IMG/VR virus record: IMGVR_UViG_3300027749_002876
Coordinates: 434,001 to 498,000 of that record
Reading direction: 5' to 3' (one strand)
Length of the DNA: 64,000 nt
Shown here: piece after piece, positions 9,701 to 19,153 of the stretch
Position numbering within the stretch: the first letter of the stretch is position 1
How the letters are laid out: each line of letters opens with the position of its first letter
Notes under the pieces: model-generated
Seen by the model: only the letters and a program-made list of their open reading frames with translations
Databases searched by the model: none
Told to the model about the DNA's origin: nothing
Made by a program: the position numbers and the translations under genes

Positions 9701-11294
9701 CAAAATCCCATTGTTGGGTAGCATTGGATTGATCTTGCACTGACAAGTAAGCACTGCGTGGTGTGTTATAAAAAACGTTGTCTGCATATCCAGTTATTTG
9801 AATAGCGGGCCCAGCAACAATTCCAAAGTCAGTGCTTTCTACTCTAGGTGCAAGTATTTGCATGTAAGGTGAGTAATCAACCCGTTGTTGATATGCGTTA
9901 GTTCCATTCAATGTTGGCATTCCATTGCTGTCAAACTGTAGTGTACTATAGGTATCTCCGGGTGTGCCGCCTTGATTAGAGAAATTTCCTTGCCAGTTGA
10001 ACTGTGCTGCACCAGAACTTCCAGCCGGAGTACCTAATGGTACTTGTGTACCGTTGGCATAGTTAACAGCAAATGTATTAGCAGGTAATGTTAAGTTACC
10101 ATCAGCATCAAATGTCCATGTATGTGAGTTAGCACTATAATTTGTACCAATATATGCATTGCTAGCATCTACCCACATCCAAGTGTTTTCGGGGTTACCA
10201 CTGTTTGGACCAATTGTGATACCAGTATAATTTAACTCACCGGTACCAGGTACACCCCGTAGAGTTGATCCATTGATAATACTTTGATCGGGGAGATGAA
10301 GAACACCGTTTGTATCTAAGTTTAAGGTATAGTGTTGAGTAGGTTGAGTAAGATTTGTACTGTACAAGTTACTTGTACTGACTTGATTGTTGCTGTTAAG
10401 TACAAAACCATTGCCCAAAGCCATAATACCCGGTGTTGAGTTATTTGCAATGGGAACATTTTCACCTAATTGTACAGGATCACCGTTAGCATAATTGACA
10501 GCAAATGTATTGCTTGGCAATGTTAAATTACCACTAGCACTAAAATTCCATGTCTGTACATTTTGACTATTGCCAATATTACCTGCTAATAAAGTGATAT
10601 CGCCATATGTATTATATAATGATACTGCGTTACCGTCACCTTGTATAGGAATACTCATCCCTGCAGTTTGACCATTACCTAAATCTGAATTGTTTACAAC
10701 AACACCGCCGTTAGAATAAATGACATTGTTATCAAATCCTATGTTACCTAGACCAGGGCCACTTGAGACATTAGACCAAACTAATGCTCCTGAACCATTA
10801 GTACTTAACACTTGTCCATTTGTACCACCTTCAATGTGAACATTGGAAACATCACCTAAATTAGTAGCACCTATTACATTTAAATTGCCTGCACTTAAAT
10901 CACCATCATATGATGTTAAAAAGTCTGCAACATTACTATTACCATATGAATTATTATTTGTAACTTTGTAATTGTTAATTGTTTGATTGACAGCACTAAC
11001 AGAAATTTGTTTTTCAGTATTATATACTGTTACAATGTCATTGGAATCATTATTATTTGAAGATACAATAAACAGTTCAGTACCTGAACTAGCTTGTGTA
11101 GCTTGATTGTATGTTGTTGTATCTCCGGACGTTTTGGGAGCAATACCCCTAGTTACCGTACCACCAGTACTTGTTGCTGTACCATTAGCAGAAACTGTAG
11201 GGGGAGATGTTCTTGCTACTGAAGGTGTTTGATTTTCAAATGATTTTGCTAGTGCCGGATCAGCAGGTCCAACTAGTTTTGGTGATGTAGCCAT
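6798..11294 (-). CDS. large modular tail-fibre-like protein with embedded LamG domain
   Basis: 1498 aa; nine W-x-F-x-x-(D/S)-GNLT(L/V)P motifs separate unrelated modules; LamG segment FAPGTGDFTIEW...WQHIAVVRSSG. Confidence 0.8.
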   Translation of the reverse strand: MATSPKLVGPADPALAKSFENQTPSVARTSPPTVSANGTATSTGGTVTRGIAPKTSGDTTTYNQATQASSGTELFIVSSNNNDSNDIVTVYNTEKQISVSAVNQTINNYKVTNNNSYGNSNVADFLTSYDGDLSAGNLNVIGATNLGDVSNVHIEGGTNGQVLSTNGSGALVWSNVSSGPGLGNIGFDNNVIYSNGGVVVNNSDLGNGQTAGMSIPIQGDGNAVSLYNTYGDITLLAGNIGNSQNVQTWNFSASGNLTLPSNTFAVNYANGDPVQLGENVPIANNSTPGIMALGNGFVLNSNNQVSTSNLYSTNLTQPTQHYTLNLDTNGVLHLPDQSIINGSTLRGVPGTGELNYTGITIGPNSGNPENTWMWVDASNAYIGTNYSANSHTWTFDADGNLTLPANTFAVNYANGTQVPLGTPAGSSGAAQFNWQGNFSNQGGTPGDTYSTLQFDSNGMPTLNGTNAYQQRVDYSPYMQILAPRVESTDFGIVAGPAIQITGYADNVFYNTPRSAYLSVQDQSNATQQWDFGILGNGDNNFVVSDRTNSNQWAFGTDGNLTLPYSSTTGNISVTMNNIGNVAYNSASPLSSGGSLEFAGDELNHFLVVPNEARFAPGTGDFTIEWYQYVTSDGHGYPRPFSLGICCGNINSLLVGLFEGGSNNIAIQTQSGYNPFSGWNNTLNVWQHIAVVRSSGTVTIYQDGVAFNSVSIPDDIAYDPANGYFLSIGSPTVDGTTGTESINSQYVGLITNMRYVVGTAVYTGNFTPSTDPLTLIPGTELLLQVANSGTLAEALYIGTIANNSSIISNGNAWTFGGDGNLTLPSNTSSINYANGSPYGGGGNANTGNITFNDINIIGTGNLNLQPDPANAGSYLDIFISSGPDIHLVASASANLILGKDEQSNVMTSWDGNVYIQSWDVNTNTQGGVWTFGGDGNLTLPNDATISDSSNVASLNAGGNTRFAQLYWNGNIGNGNPYDGSDYYTWAYTSNVGFTIRHFNNNTSTDNEWKFGIDGNLTLPTGTPSINYANGSPYGGGGGANTGNVTFDDQVVVGTGSNDGSGGLYLAPGLDSTANLQYLRVRGGDVASHIHLDTGNNRYYDQYFGDDSKFVKLEADGNVKIGTSDFISNSAQWTFGVDGNLTLPANSTIKNNAEVSYDGGVTIQVSDLANAVVASPGSIVGNTYNNTGFTKIIFTDSTLYNALVTAGIAPETIVATTWSNGSTTQLNTYVYVQFPGSPNTFSLRPCDSNGNTVVGDWVFPSVVGTTIPANVAITSVSPSTFHIWNFVSDGNLTVPKAIVGAGYSRLDMVTDGPNTAYLGTTNNDTTALYLQKDTIQLYANTDVYISANTGGTTQGWTFGADGNLTLPVTVLDVGLTEQTTIRSQRKIIPPYHWSAIINSAFPDPTVVYTATSSAITSMKVTVQVQHSGFRIEMFDVSATYTGSDTYYSVSNRLKPPTITDTTVLVNLNGSGVMQITLTINSGSKPAYITYDATEFGIPQD

Positions 11295-11373
11295 TGAAGG
11301 GTCCTTTGTTATTATAGTAGTATTTAGTCTAACTATAATAAAGTTAGTCTGCTAATACTATAATAAAGACGGT

Positions 11374-13146
11374 TTATGCGAACACTGTGCCGTTATTTCC
11401 TATGCAGAACCATTTGCTATTTACATATTGTAGTGTACATGCACTACCCACAACACTGAAAGTCATTGTGCCAGCGCCACCCCATCCTGGATTGGTAACT
11501 GTAATAACCATATCCCCACCGTAGCCGTTCATCATAAATGTTTTAATTTGACCCGGTGCACCGGCAGCGAGTGTAGCGGTTTCAGCGGCTACTGTTGTAA
11601 AATAACTAGCTGTAACTAATAGATTTGCGGCTGCGGCATTTGCTAAATCTTCACCGCTGTTTAATAATAATATACCTGTAGTATTTAAATTACCACCGGT
11701 GATGTTACCAGTAGCAGTAATTACACCTGTACCAATGTTACCAACATTAGCATTACCTGATACACTTAAACTAGTTAATGTACCTGTACTTGTTATATTT
11801 GATTGTGCGGCTGTTGTTAATGAACCGGCTACTGTTGTAAACACACCTGCTGTTGCACCAATATTACCCACAGATATATTACCTGTAGTTGTAATTGTGT
11901 TACTTCCATAACTATTTAAAAATGTAGCAACTTGACTATTACCATACGCACCTGTAATATTACCGGCATTGATATTAGTTAACCCAGCACCGTTACCAAC
12001 AAATACACCACTAGTGGATGTAATGTTACCAGTAGCAACAATTAATCCACCGGTACCAATGTTACCTACGTTTGCATTACCAGTTACACTTAAACTGGTT
12101 AGTGTACCAACTGACGTTATATTAGCTTGAGCCGCTGTAGTTAATAAACCTGCAATATTGGTAGCACTTAGTGTATTGGTAGTTGTGTTAAATGTTAAAT
12201 TAGCACTAGCACCAAAATCATTTGCACTGTTAAATTGAATCTGTGTATTGGATCCTGCAGGTTGTTGCATATCTAATGGCGTACCATTAGCATAATAATA
12301 ATTATTAGTTTTGATTCCACCAACAACTGCATTGCCTGTAGTGATTAAATTACCACCAGTAATATTACCTGTTACTGATACAGTATTTGCTAAATCAACT
12401 GTTATAACACCAGACGATGTAATAGTTCCGCCCGTAACTGTTAATGTATTACTTGTAATTGTAATTCCAGTAACAGTACCGCCTGATGCTGTAGTAGAAA
12501 CAGTAACGTTGCCGTTACTACCGCTGACACTTATACCTGTACCGGCTGCAATTCTAGTAACACCCGTATTGGTAACAGTAATAGAACCTGCACTGGTAAT
12601 TGGACTATTGGTAACTAATATACCAGATCCAGGAGTAATACCTACACTTGTAACAGTTCCGGCAACTGTATTATTCGACACAGTAGTTACTCTACCGTAT
12701 GAATCTAATGTAACTGTGGGGTTAGTATAAGTACCAGGAGTGATTCCAGTTGCAGTAAGATTAAGAACAATATTACCTGCGCTTAATATAGGACTATTAC
12801 TAACTGTTAATGTGCTAGAAGAAACACCTACACTGCTTACTCCGCCCCCATTTCCACCACCGGTTGCAGTAATTAATATATTACCATTTGAACCAGTTAA
12901 GTTAATACTGCTATCACCTGCAGTTAAACTTAGTACACCGGTATTGGTAATAGTTATTGTATTAGTATTTGAATTGGTATTTGCGTCAATACCAGCATTG
13001 CCAATAAATGTGTTGTACGGGCTGGCACATGCAAATAATGTTGCAAAATTGTCTACTGTTTTATTGAATGCGGTGTATAATGAATCGCTGTTAGCGGATT
13101 CGTTTTGCAATCCCACCGCTATTATTTGTTGTCCGGAAATTGCCAT
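11374..13146 (-). CDS. fibre/baseplate-associated structural protein
   Basis: N-term QIIAVG-NESANSDSLYTAFNK--DNFATLF resembles the T4 gp9/gp10-type N-terminal motif; G/T/V-rich VTSVG repeats. Confidence 0.7.
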   Translation of the reverse strand: MAISGQQIIAVGLQNESANSDSLYTAFNKTVDNFATLFACASPYNTFIGNAGIDANTNSNTNTITITNTGVLSLTAGDSSINLTGSNGNILITATGGGNGGGVSSVGVSSSTLTVSNSPILSAGNIVLNLTATGITPGTYTNPTVTLDSYGRVTTVSNNTVAGTVTSVGITPGSGILVTNSPITSAGSITVTNTGVTRIAAGTGISVSGSNGNVTVSTTASGGTVTGITITSNTLTVTGGTITSSGVITVDLANTVSVTGNITGGNLITTGNAVVGGIKTNNYYYANGTPLDMQQPAGSNTQIQFNSANDFGASANLTFNTTTNTLSATNIAGLLTTAAQANITSVGTLTSLSVTGNANVGNIGTGGLIVATGNITSTSGVFVGNGAGLTNINAGNITGAYGNSQVATFLNSYGSNTITTTGNISVGNIGATAGVFTTVAGSLTTAAQSNITSTGTLTSLSVSGNANVGNIGTGVITATGNITGGNLNTTGILLLNSGEDLANAAAANLLVTASYFTTVAAETATLAAGAPGQIKTFMMNGYGGDMVITVTNPGWGGAGTMTFSVVGSACTLQYVNSKWFCIGNNGTVFA

Positions 13147-13170
13147 TTTTTAATCCTTATTGTGTATTTA

Positions 13171-13497
13171 TCAATTAGGACTAAAGGAACTCCCGCAACC
13201 ACAGGTTGTTGCCGCATTTGGGTTAGATATTTTAAACTGTGATCCAGATAAATCTTCAACATAATCAATATTTGCATTAGTTAAATATTGTGCGGAAATA
13301 CTATCAACTAGTACGCTCATTGAGCCAGCTGGTATTTCAAAATCATCTTCGTTCTGTTCTTCATCAATAGTGAAACCATATTGCATTCCACTACATCCAC
13401 CACCTTGAACAAATACACGTATTTTAGCTTTAGGATTGTTCTCCTCAGCTAAGATATCGGATATTTTTGTTGTTGCGTTTTCAGTTATTGTTATCAT
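13171..13497 (-). CDS. erpA: A-type Fe-S carrier protein (ErpA/IscA family)
   Basis: [16 protein letters not shown] and CGCGSSF motifs. Confidence 0.92.
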   Translation of the reverse strand: MITITENATTKISDILAEENNPKAKIRVFVQGGGCSGMQYGFTIDEEQNEDDFEIPAGSMSVLVDSISAQYLTNANIDYVEDLSGSQFKISNPNAATTCGCGSSFSPN

Positions 13498-13502
13498 GTA
13501 GA

Positions 13503-13533
13503 TATTTATGCGTTTTCACAAAAAACATAAATA
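13503..13533. promoter_or_regulatory. divergent pair of late-promoter-like TAAATA motifs
   Basis: TATTTA 13503-13508 (minus strand, 5 nt from erpA ATG) and TAAATA 13528-13533 (plus strand, before endonuclease). Confidence 0.6.
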
Positions 13534-13560
13534 AATTATAAGGAGTAAAGTCTAACTATT

Positions 13561-14331
13561 ATGGATAAAAAGTATAAATTTAGGGGTGAAAGAATTTCTG
13601 AAGCCAAAAGAATGAAACAATCAGAATTTTTAGACAGAGCCATTGCAGTGCATGGAAGTATATATGATTATTCTAACTCATTTTATGTGAATGCACATAC
13701 CAAAATAAAAATTGGTTGTTCATACCACGGAATATTTGAACAACGTCCGCACGATCATGTTAAGGGTAAAAATGGATGTCCGGCATGCGGTACAATTAAT
13801 AGAAGAAAAAACCATTCAAAACAAGCATTTGATAAATTTTTAATATTGGCAAAAAAAATACATCAAAACAAATATCAATACATTACTGAATCATATACCG
13901 GAATAAAAGATTTGATGGAAATAGTTTGTCCAATACATGGCGTATTTAAACAAAGTGCGGATGTTCATAAAAGAGGAAATGGTTGCCAAAGATGTGGCTC
14001 TGGTCCTATTTCAAATATGTCACGCCGGTGGCTTGATTCTTTGAATGTAATAGATCGAGAATACTGGATAATAATTAATGGAAAAAGATATAAAGTGGAT
14101 GGGTATGATATTAATTCAAATACTATTTACGAATTTTTAGGTGATTATTGGCATGGAAATCCAAAAGTACATCATCCGGAAAAAATTAATTCTCATAATA
14201 AACATACCTTTAAGGAACTTTATGAAGGTACTATTCTAAGATTAGAAACTTTTAAAAAAGCAGGATATAATTTAATTTTTGTATGGGAGAATGATTATTT
14301 AAACCCGCCTAACAATTCTTCCCTTGGATAA
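13561..14331 (+). CDS. free-standing putative homing endonuclease (two Cys/His Zn-ribbon repeats plus Vsr/PD-(D/E)xK-like domain)
   Basis: Two HG-F-Q---H--G-GC--C repeats; C-term [20 protein letters not shown]; opposite strand to neighbours. Confidence 0.7.
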   Translation: MDKKYKFRGERISEAKRMKQSEFLDRAIAVHGSIYDYSNSFYVNAHTKIKIGCSYHGIFEQRPHDHVKGKNGCPACGTINRRKNHSKQAFDKFLILAKKIHQNKYQYITESYTGIKDLMEIVCPIHGVFKQSADVHKRGNGCQRCGSGPISNMSRRWLDSLNVIDREYWIIINGKRYKVDGYDINSNTIYEFLGDYWHGNPKVHHPEKINSHNKHTFKELYEGTILRLETFKKAGYNLIFVWENDYLNPPNNSSLG

Positions 14332-14514
14332 ATCATACGGTGAAAATTCTATTGAAACTGTATCACCTAATAGAATTTTAATGTCGTGCTGTCGCATTTT
14401 ACCCGAAATATAACCAGTGACTGTGGATCCACTATTTAATTTAACTCTAAAAACAGCATTAGGTAATACGTCTATTACCTTGCCATCTATTCTAATACCT
14501 TCTTCTTTTGCCAT
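14299..14514 (-). CDS. infA: translation initiation factor IF-1
   Basis: MAKEEGI---G-V---LPNA-FRV-L...[27 protein letters not shown]. Confidence 0.95.
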   Translation of the reverse strand: MAKEEGIRIDGKVIDVLPNAVFRVKLNSGSTVTGYISGKMRQHDIKILLGDTVSIEFSPYDLSKGRIVRRV

Positions 14515-14515
14515 T

Positions 14516-14908
14516 CTACCTTCTCATTTTTGATATATCAATCGCTTCTTCTCTACTAAATACCGGAACTGCATTACTTTTATGTAATGTAGAAATCCCA
14601 ACAATGGCATTGCCTGTATATTGTGGAATATCTTTTGTGCGAACAGCACCTGAGTGACCTGTGTCACGGCTGGCAATACGTACAGCCTCACGACCTGCAG
14701 GTGCGGACAATGTATATTGTAATGGCTCAGCCGCTAGTGCCCGTTTACGCTTTTTGTCATCAGCGTCAACTTCCCATTTTTTCTGTAGTTCTTTCCAGTC
14801 AGCTTCAAGTTGCCTAGCTTTTTGTGCCTCTGCGCTATTGCGAAACTTAACTTTACCTTTGCGTTTGCCGCCAGTACTGAGCCAGGGGCCTTCTAAGTGC
14901 ATGGTCAT
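14516..14908 (-). CDS. conserved T4-like phage hypothetical protein
   Basis: C-term [30 protein letters not shown]. Confidence 0.75.
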   Translation of the reverse strand: MTMHLEGPWLSTGGKRKGKVKFRNSAEAQKARQLEADWKELQKKWEVDADDKKRKRALAAEPLQYTLSAPAGREAVRIASRDTGHSGAVRTKDIPQYTGNAIVGISTLHKSNAVPVFSREEAIDISKMRR

Positions 14909-14940
14909 AATGTGTATGTCATAGTTATTAAACAGTTTCT

Positions 14941-14969
14941 ATTATAGCAGAGTATCTATTATTTGTCAA
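14941..14969 (-). promoter_or_regulatory. sigma70-type promoter driving the 130-aa gene and infA
   Basis: Minus strand TTGACA 14969-14964, 17 nt, TATAAT 14946-14941. Confidence 0.85.
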
Positions 14970-14972
14970 ATT

Positions 14973-15449
14973 TTACTTCTTTAGTATTGACCAAACCTTC
15001 TCTTTTTCAATGATTTCTTGTTCTAATTCTTTATAGCGTTTGCCCAATTCTTTTAACTCATCCCACTTATCTTCTAGTTTAGGATTTGGGTGAAGAATTG
15101 CTAATCGTTCTTCAATCTTATCTAACATGTCAGTAAGGCTTTTGCCCTTGATAGTTACATCACCTTCAAAATCAGCATCACCTTTAACACTAAGTGTGCT
15201 TCCCTGTAAATCAGGATCAGCTAATGATATATTAGACCAACTGCCACCTGTTGTATTTGTAGTATATACTTGCCCAGAACTGCCGCTATTTACTCCCCAA
15301 TATATACCACTTGAACCGGTTGAAGTGCCGGATATATTACTAACAGTATATGTAGGTGAACTACTCGAACCGGTTAAGGTAATCGTATCTATGGAGTCGC
15401 TAGACATTATTGCGCTAGCCATCATTGTATCATTACTAGGAATTGTCAT
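14973..15449 (-). CDS. hypothetical protein, Ser/Thr-rich N-terminus and coiled-coil C-terminus
   Basis: 158 aa; ATGA-coupled to the AbrB-like gene. Confidence 0.7.
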   Translation of the reverse strand: MTIPSNDTMMASAIMSSDSIDTITLTGSSSSPTYTVSNISGTSTGSSGIYWGVNSGSSGQVYTTNTTGGSWSNISLADPDLQGSTLSVKGDADFEGDVTIKGKSLTDMLDKIEERLAILHPNPKLEDKWDELKELGKRYKELEQEIIEKEKVWSILKK

Positions 15450-15631
15450 AGTTTTTTAAGTATAATTCTGCCTTTATCATCAATTGAAAAGTCAATATCA
15501 TCTCCCTCTTTCCAACCCAATTGTTTTAATAAACTTGGTGGAATAGGTATAAGCATGTCGCCAGTGTCTGGATCTTCTTGTGTGATAACTTCATAGCTAT
15601 CATAACTCTGTGCTGGATTTTTTTTAGGCAT
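15446..15631 (-). CDS. AbrB/MazE/SpoVT-like DNA-binding protein
   Basis: IPIP--LLKQLGWKEGD-I-F-----RIILKK. Confidence 0.8.
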   Translation of the reverse strand: MPKKNPAQSYDSYEVITQEDPDTGDMLIPIPPSLLKQLGWKEGDDIDFSIDDKGRIILKKL

Positions 15632-15634
15632 ATA

Positions 15635-16195
15635 TTACTTATTCTGTAGATAGGGTCTGTAAATCTTTTCTAATTCATTAATGGTATGTTGCGTATTGCC
15701 ATCTTCATGTTTAACTGCAATACCACCTGCGTTACTCCAAAGATTCAAATACTTACCATAGTCATCTACCAATACATTTGGCTCACCATTACTCAATGCG
15801 TATTTGTGTTTATGTTGTGTAAAGATAGCATCACGTGTAGCACTAGGATTGTGTTCATCTAACCAGTCTTTTTTAGCCTCTACACTGGCTTTGGCATATG
15901 GTCCACGTAATGGTGCACTTAATACTGTATACGGAATGTTATTTTGATTTAACCATTGTACTACTTTGTTTCCACCTTCTAGAGGTTTAAGTTCTCTAAA
16001 AAACTTATATACTTCTTCAGGGCTACTCGTAGCTAACTCATTGATTGATGTTTCAGTATCAGGAATCTCTTTGTAATTACCAACATTATGTTTTGCCGCC
16101 CAAGCTCCAAAAAAGTCAGCCTGTACTCCATCCATATCTAAGTATAGATGTGGCATTTTTTTGTTTGTATCTTCCATCAATTCATTAAGTTTCAT
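15635..16195 (-). CDS. HAD-family 5'(3')-deoxyribonucleotidase
   Basis: LYLDMDGVQADF, VLSAP, LVDDYGKYL--W---GG-A. Confidence 0.85.
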   Translation of the reverse strand: MKLNELMEDTNKKMPHLYLDMDGVQADFFGAWAAKHNVGNYKEIPDTETSINELATSSPEEVYKFFRELKPLEGGNKVVQWLNQNNIPYTVLSAPLRGPYAKASVEAKKDWLDEHNPSATRDAIFTQHKHKYALSNGEPNVLVDDYGKYLNLWSNAGGIAVKHEDGNTQHTINELEKIYRPYLQNK

Positions 16196-16202
16196 TTAGT
16201 TA

Positions 16203-16739
16203 TTATATCACAAATGGTAGAATAAGCCAAATGCCTTGGGTCAATAGTATTGTTCCAAAAATACTAACACCAATGCTTCCCCAAAACATACGCTTACTCA
16301 CAGCCAGTATACTAGCGGAAAGTAATACAATAGCTAACTGAAATGCCATACCAGCAAATGTTAACCATGGTGTATGTTTTTTGGCATCATCACGTTCACT
16401 TTCAATCTGTAATGCTTTAGCCATTAATTCTTTCTTACCTTCACCTTTAGCAGGGTCACTTTCATAGCGGTCAATTTTAGCTTGTAATTGTTCTCTACGC
16501 TTTGAGTCTTTAGCATCTTCTAATTGCCCTTCAGCAATACTTTGCTTGATACTTTTAGCTTGATAAAAGTTCCAAGTGTCATTTGCTTTGATAGTATTGG
16601 TTAGTATCTTGCTACTATATCCATTGGCTACATATGTTGTTACTGCTAATAATAATGCTATGACAGTAATGACCCATCCTGCTCTATCTTTGATTTGTGC
16701 CTCACGTTCACTGCGTGACAGTGGTTTTACTTCTACCAT
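16203..16739 (-). CDS. DUF4337-like membrane protein
   Basis: Three hydrophobic segments; ANDTWNFYQAKSIKQ; FQLAIVLLSASIL. Confidence 0.75.
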   Translation of the reverse strand: MVEVKPLSRSEREAQIKDRAGWVITVIALLLAVTTYVANGYSSKILTNTIKANDTWNFYQAKSIKQSIAEGQLEDAKDSKRREQLQAKIDRYESDPAKGEGKKELMAKALQIESERDDAKKHTPWLTFAGMAFQLAIVLLSASILAVSKRMFWGSIGVSIFGTILLTQGIWLILPFVI

Positions 16740-16765
16740 TTTATTTCCTTTTGAATATTTATAGT

Positions 16766-17518
16766 TTATGGGTGCAAGGTGCTATAGGTAACTGCACCAG
16801 CGTTTGTAACTGTGAGAGCATTATTACTCGTATCAGTTATATAAGTACCAGCAGATGCAACTGCTAACAATAATTGAGTTGAAGTGCCTGTGATTGTCGC
16901 ACTAGGTGAACCGTTGATATTGGCGCTTTGTGTAGCAGTTAGAGGCGTAGTTGACGGTGTAAAGTTTGAAGTATAAACTGCCAGCCCCTTAACAATTCTC
17001 ATGCTGGTCATGTAACCATTGAATGGGTTATTGTTTTGATTGGCACTCCATCCAATTTCTAAACTTCTATTGGTGTTGGAATTATACACACTGGTAGAAG
17101 TCAATACCGAGATGCCACCCACATACACTGTGACTGTGCCACTGGCCCTAACCAAAGCAACATGTTGCCATATTCCTGCTGTGACAACTCCATCGGAACT
17201 ACCAGGGTATGCACTGCCACTATAATAATTGAGTTTGCCATTATTGTTGAGATCAAGATTGTCACTATTGGATCCAAACCACCATAATCTTTGACTTACA
17301 GTGACTGACGTAGGATTTATCCAAGTTTCTACGGTATAATCACCGGTGCCAAAAGCAAATGCAGACCCTGCTGTAACAGAAGAAATTACTAATTCATTAT
17401 TGGCACCTGCGTTAGTTCCATTAAAAAATAAACTGCCGGTAAATGAAGAAATACTATCAGTAGTTAATGAAATGCCTGGTCCAATGTTAATTCCTCCACC
17501 AATTTGTATTCCTGCCAT
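16766..17518 (-). CDS. stand-alone LamG-domain protein with Gly-patterned N-terminal leader
   Basis: FGTGDYTVETW, WQHVALVRASG, GLAVYTSNFTPSTTPLT; N-term GIQIGGGINIGPGISL. Confidence 0.85.
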   Translation of the reverse strand: MAGIQIGGGINIGPGISLTTDSISSFTGSLFFNGTNAGANNELVISSVTAGSAFAFGTGDYTVETWINPTSVTVSQRLWWFGSNSDNLDLNNNGKLNYYSGSAYPGSSDGVVTAGIWQHVALVRASGTVTVYVGGISVLTSTSVYNSNTNRSLEIGWSANQNNNPFNGYMTSMRIVKGLAVYTSNFTPSTTPLTATQSANINGSPSATITGTSTQLLLAVASAGTYITDTSNNALTVTNAGAVTYSTLHP

Positions 17519-17604
17519 TTTATTTCCTTTGTTATGACTTATGCTATTTGATTAAACTTAATCAATTAAATATATATTTATACACAATCAAAAGGAGCAT
17601 ACCA

Positions 17605-17766
17605 ATGAGTTGGTTCAAGCACAAACCCAGAACAAAAACACCCCCAAAATTACATGTATATCATACAAGTCCTATAGCAGAAAAACTATTAAAAGAGACA
17701 AAACTTGAAGTCACTGGTGTAAAAGCCAAGTTAGCAGAAGTAGAGAAAAAGAAAAATGAACGGTAG
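17605..17766 (+). CDS. small basic hypothetical protein, 53 aa
   Basis: AAAGGAG RBS before ATG 17605 (track start 17548 is likely too long). Confidence 0.55.
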   Translation: MSWFKHKPRTKTPPKLHVYHTSPIAEKLLKETKLEVTGVKAKLAEVEKKKNER

Positions 17767-17929
17767 AGAACTACAACAAATGTATCAACAATGGTGTCAA
17801 GGAAATGATGATTACAATTTTCGTTGGTTAGATTTTGTTGAGATGGCCGCAAGACAGTTTCAGCAACCTGAAAGTGAAGTCATTAGAGAGTTACAGAAAC
17901 ATTATTGGTTTGTAAAAAACAATAAGTAG
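17756..17929 (+). CDS. hypothetical protein, 57 aa, not in the ORF track
   Basis: MNGRELQQMYQQWCQGNDDYNFRWLDFVEMAARQF...; fills the gap. Confidence 0.55.
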   Translation: MNGRELQQMYQQWCQGNDDYNFRWLDFVEMAARQFQQPESEVIRELQKHYWFVKNNK

Positions 17930-17938
17930 ATTTATTGA

Positions 17939-17944
17939 TAAATA
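17939..17944 (+). promoter_or_regulatory. late-promoter-like TAAATA; further copies at 18904, 20136 and 20887 precede other genes of this cluster
   Basis: TAAATA in four successive intergenic gaps; resembles the T4 late promoter TATAAATA. Confidence 0.6.
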
Positions 17945-17968
17945 CTACTATATTATAGGATTAACATT

Positions 17969-18874
17969 ATGGAATTCAGTGGAATGACAATAAGTGGTGG
18001 GGTTTCTATTGTGCCTCCCCCTCCCTCAAATAAGGCTATATTTGGTTATGGTTATCCCACCTATTCAATAACTAACTTAGTATCAATCACAGGTGTAGTT
18101 GCTACTAATACAACTGGTGTTGGTACCGGTAGACATGGTTTAGCAGCCGCAACTTATGGTACTGATAAAGCTATATTTGGTTATGGTAATGACACTAATA
18201 TCAGGCTATCAATGACCAATCTTGTATCAAATACAGGTGTAGTTGCTACAGATACAACAGGTGTTGGTACTGCTAGAAATAATTTAGCAGCCACAGGTTA
18301 TGGCACTGATAAAGCTATTTTTGGTTATGGATATATTGGCTCAGCTACATCAATAACTAATCTAGTAAGTAATGCAGGTGTAGTAGCAACTGATACTGCA
18401 GGTGTTGGCACTGCTAGGTACGCAAGAGCAGCCACAACTTATGGCAGTTCTGGACAAGCTATATTTGGATATGGTAATGGTCCTGTATCAGTAACCAATC
18501 TAGTATCAAGTACAGGTATAGTAGCTACTGATACAACCGGTGTTGGTACCGCTAGATCCGACCTTGCTGCCGCAGGGTATGGTACCGATAAAGCTATTTT
18601 TGGATATGGCGCCACTAGCAGTAATACTGCAATAACTAATCTAGTAAGTAACACCGGCGTAGTCGCAACTGACACAACAGGTGTAGGCACTGCTAGGAGT
18701 AGTCTAGCAGCCGCGGGGTATAGTAGTGATAAAGCTATTTTTGGATATGGTGATAATTCAGGTGCTTTATCAATGACCAATCTAGTAAGTAATACCGGTG
18801 TTGTTGCTACTGATACTGCAGGTGTCGGTACTGCTAGATTGGCGTTAGCAGCCGCAAGTTACGGCCTCAGTTAA
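17969..18874 (+). CDS. six-blade Kelch-like beta-propeller repeat protein (paralog A)
   Basis: Six copies of (K/Q)AIFGYG-loop-xxTNLVSxxGxVATxTxGVGTxR-xx-xAAxxYG; ends with the closing strand LAAASYGLS. Confidence 0.75.
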   Translation: MEFSGMTISGGVSIVPPPPSNKAIFGYGYPTYSITNLVSITGVVATNTTGVGTGRHGLAAATYGTDKAIFGYGNDTNIRLSMTNLVSNTGVVATDTTGVGTARNNLAATGYGTDKAIFGYGYIGSATSITNLVSNAGVVATDTAGVGTARYARAATTYGSSGQAIFGYGNGPVSVTNLVSSTGIVATDTTGVGTARSDLAAAGYGTDKAIFGYGATSSNTAITNLVSNTGVVATDTTGVGTARSSLAAAGYSSDKAIFGYGDNSGALSMTNLVSNTGVVATDTAGVGTARLALAAASYGLS

Positions 18875-18931
18875 AAATACAATTAACTTATTAGAGTTAG
18901 AGATAAATACATTATCATAAAGGAGAATATA

Positions 18932-19147
18932 ATGATAGACTTAGAAAACATGCCTGCTCCAACACAAGAGCAAATCGCAGAAGCAAGAGAAAACGCATTC
19001 AATGCAGAGCATCCAGCATCATGGACATGGAATGAAGAAGCAACTTCATATGTTGCTCCAGTAAGTGTTCCAAATGATGGCTATCCTTATTTATGGGATG
19101 AAGCTACAACTAATTGGACACCATTTCCAGATTATCCTAGAGAGTAA
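18932..19147 (+). CDS. small Trp/Pro-rich protein (possible fibre-assembly accessory)
   Basis: HPASWTWNEE----VAP--VP-DG-PYLWDEATTNW; strong AAGGAG RBS. Confidence 0.7.
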   Translation: MIDLENMPAPTQEQIAEARENAFNAEHPASWTWNEEATSYVAPVSVPNDGYPYLWDEATTNWTPFPDYPRE

Positions 19148-19153
19148 TCTTTA

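Noticed and set aside
5859-13153. Plus-strand ORFs opposite the fibre genes (e.g. 12311-12730, 12740-13153)
   Set aside because: Antisense shadows of G/T/N-rich coding sequence; no RBS or motifs
15446-15631. AbrB/MazE-like gene as antitoxin of a toxin-antitoxin pair
   Set aside because: The coupled downstream ORF has no MazF, PIN or other toxin motif
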